Notes under the pieces: model-generated
Database searches by the model: none
Told to the model about the DNA's origin: nothing
What the model saw: the letters and a program-made list of their open reading frames with translations, nothing else
In this document: in pieces, positions 62,986 through 64,000 of the stretch
How positions within the stretch are numbered: the first letter of the stretch is position 1
Layout of the letters: each line of letters starts with the position of its first letter
Translations under genes and position numbers: made by a program
Origin: Pseudomonadota bacterium
Lineage (GTDB): Bacteria > Pseudomonadota > Alphaproteobacteria > Caulobacterales > Caulobacteraceae
Reading direction: 5' to 3'
Length of the DNA: 64,000 bases
Assembly (NCBI GenBank): GCA_049323595.1
Contig: JBMOOD010000001.1
Span: 104,530 to 168,529, forward strand

Positions 62986-63849
62986 ATGCCCGAGCTTCCC
63001 GAAGTCGAGACGGTGCGCGGCGGCCTCGCGCCCGTCTTGGAGGGCCGCCGGCTGGCCCGCGTCGAGGCCCGACGGCCCGACCTGCGCTTCCCCCTGCCGC
63101 CGAACTTCGTCCAGGTCCTGACCGGCGCCACGGTCGAACGCCTGGAACGCCGCGCCAAGTATCTGCTGGCCCGCCTGGACCGAGAGGACACGCTGGTCAT
63201 GCACCTGGGGATGAGCGGTCGCTTCGAGATCGCCCGCCCGGACGGCGAAGAGCGGCCCGGCCAATTCCACTACGCTCCGGATCCCGACCCGAAGCACGCC
63301 CACATCGTCTTCGAGACCGACGCGGGAACGCGGGTGACCTACTACGACCCCCGCCGTTTCGGCTACATGGCCCTGGTGAACACGGCGACCCTCGATCTGC
63401 ACCCCTGGTTCGCCGGCCTGGGCCCCGAACCCCTCTCGGACGATTTCGACGCCGGGCGTCTGAGCGCCGCCTTCGCCGGCCGAAAGCAGGGCCCCAAGAC
63501 CCTGCTGCTCGACCAGCGCATCGTCGCCGGCCTGGGCAACATCTACGTGTGCGAGGCCTTGAACCGCGCCCGCATCTCCCCCTTCCGCGCCGCGGGATCC
63601 ATCTCGCGGCCGCGCCTCGAACGGCTCGTCGCCGCGATCAAGGCGGTGCTGACCGAGGCCATCGCCGCCGGCGGCTCCACCCTGCGCGACTACGCCCAGA
63701 CCGACGGCGCCCTCGGCTATTTCCAGCATAGCTTCCGCACCTACGACCGCGAGGGCCAGCCCTGCCGCAACGACGGCTGCGGCGGCGTCATCGCCCGCCG
63801 CGTCCAGGCCGGACGCTCCACCTTCTACTGCCCCGTGTGCCAGAGATGA
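62986..63849 (+). CDS. mutM: Formamidopyrimidine-DNA glycosylase
   Basis: [24 protein letters not shown]-terminal Zn finger CRNDGC...FYCPVCQ. Confidence 0.97.
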   Translation: MPELPEVETVRGGLAPVLEGRRLARVEARRPDLRFPLPPNFVQVLTGATVERLERRAKYLLARLDREDTLVMHLGMSGRFEIARPDGEERPGQFHYAPDPDPKHAHIVFETDAGTRVTYYDPRRFGYMALVNTATLDLHPWFAGLGPEPLSDDFDAGRLSAAFAGRKQGPKTLLLDQRIVAGLGNIYVCEALNRARISPFRAAGSISRPRLERLVAAIKAVLTEAIAAGGSTLRDYAQTDGALGYFQHSFRTYDREGQPCRNDGCGGVIARRVQAGRSTFYCPVCQR

Positions 63850-64000
63850 GATCGCTCCTCGCCGGCCTGGCCGCCGCCCTCGCCCTGGCCGTCCCCGCTT
63901 GGGCCGAGCCGCCCGTCTGGATCGTGAGGGACGCCGATTCCGAAATGGTGCTGTTCGGCTCGATACACGTCCTGCCGCCGGGACTGGACTGGGCGCCGGA
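63846..64000 (+). CDS. TraB/GumN family protein, N-terminal part (runs off the right edge)
   Basis: Signal peptide then [23 protein letters not shown]. Confidence 0.8.
   Translation, partial: MRSLLAGLAAALALAVPAWAEPPVWIVRDADSEMVLFGSIHVLPPGLDWAP

Overview
High-GC alphaproteobacterial chromosomal DNA. The gene content (chvI-chvG-hprK-EIIA-HPr, pseB/pseC, a pdeA-like gene, dnaN-grpE-hrcA-rph, dut-coaBC, ubiB-ubiE-mutM) points to Caulobacteraceae, probably Phenylobacterium-like. Most of the window is housekeeping, metabolic and stress genes plus a CzcCBA-type efflux operon and several palindromic intergenic repeats. The stand-out feature is a complete 2,051-bp IS1595-family element (58005-60055; 25-bp IRs, 22/25 identical; perfect 8-bp target duplication CTCGACAA). 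Besides its DDE transposase it carries a 178-aa coiled-coil ORF, a 67-aa ORF convergent on the transposase, and a non-canonical tRNA-Ala-like cloverleaf (G3.U70, TTCGA T-loop, 4-nt GG D-loop, 8-nt loop containing TTTGCA). It inserted 62 bp upstream of a lipoprotein whose C-terminal domain resembles CdiA-type tRNase toxins. Other notable items are an OxyR box pointing at a structured non-coding region (OxyS-like sRNA candidate), an HPr gene that appears to need a CTG start or stop readthrough, and a secreted protein made of five 4-Cys repeats. Family assignments come from motif recognition by eye; no database searches were run.
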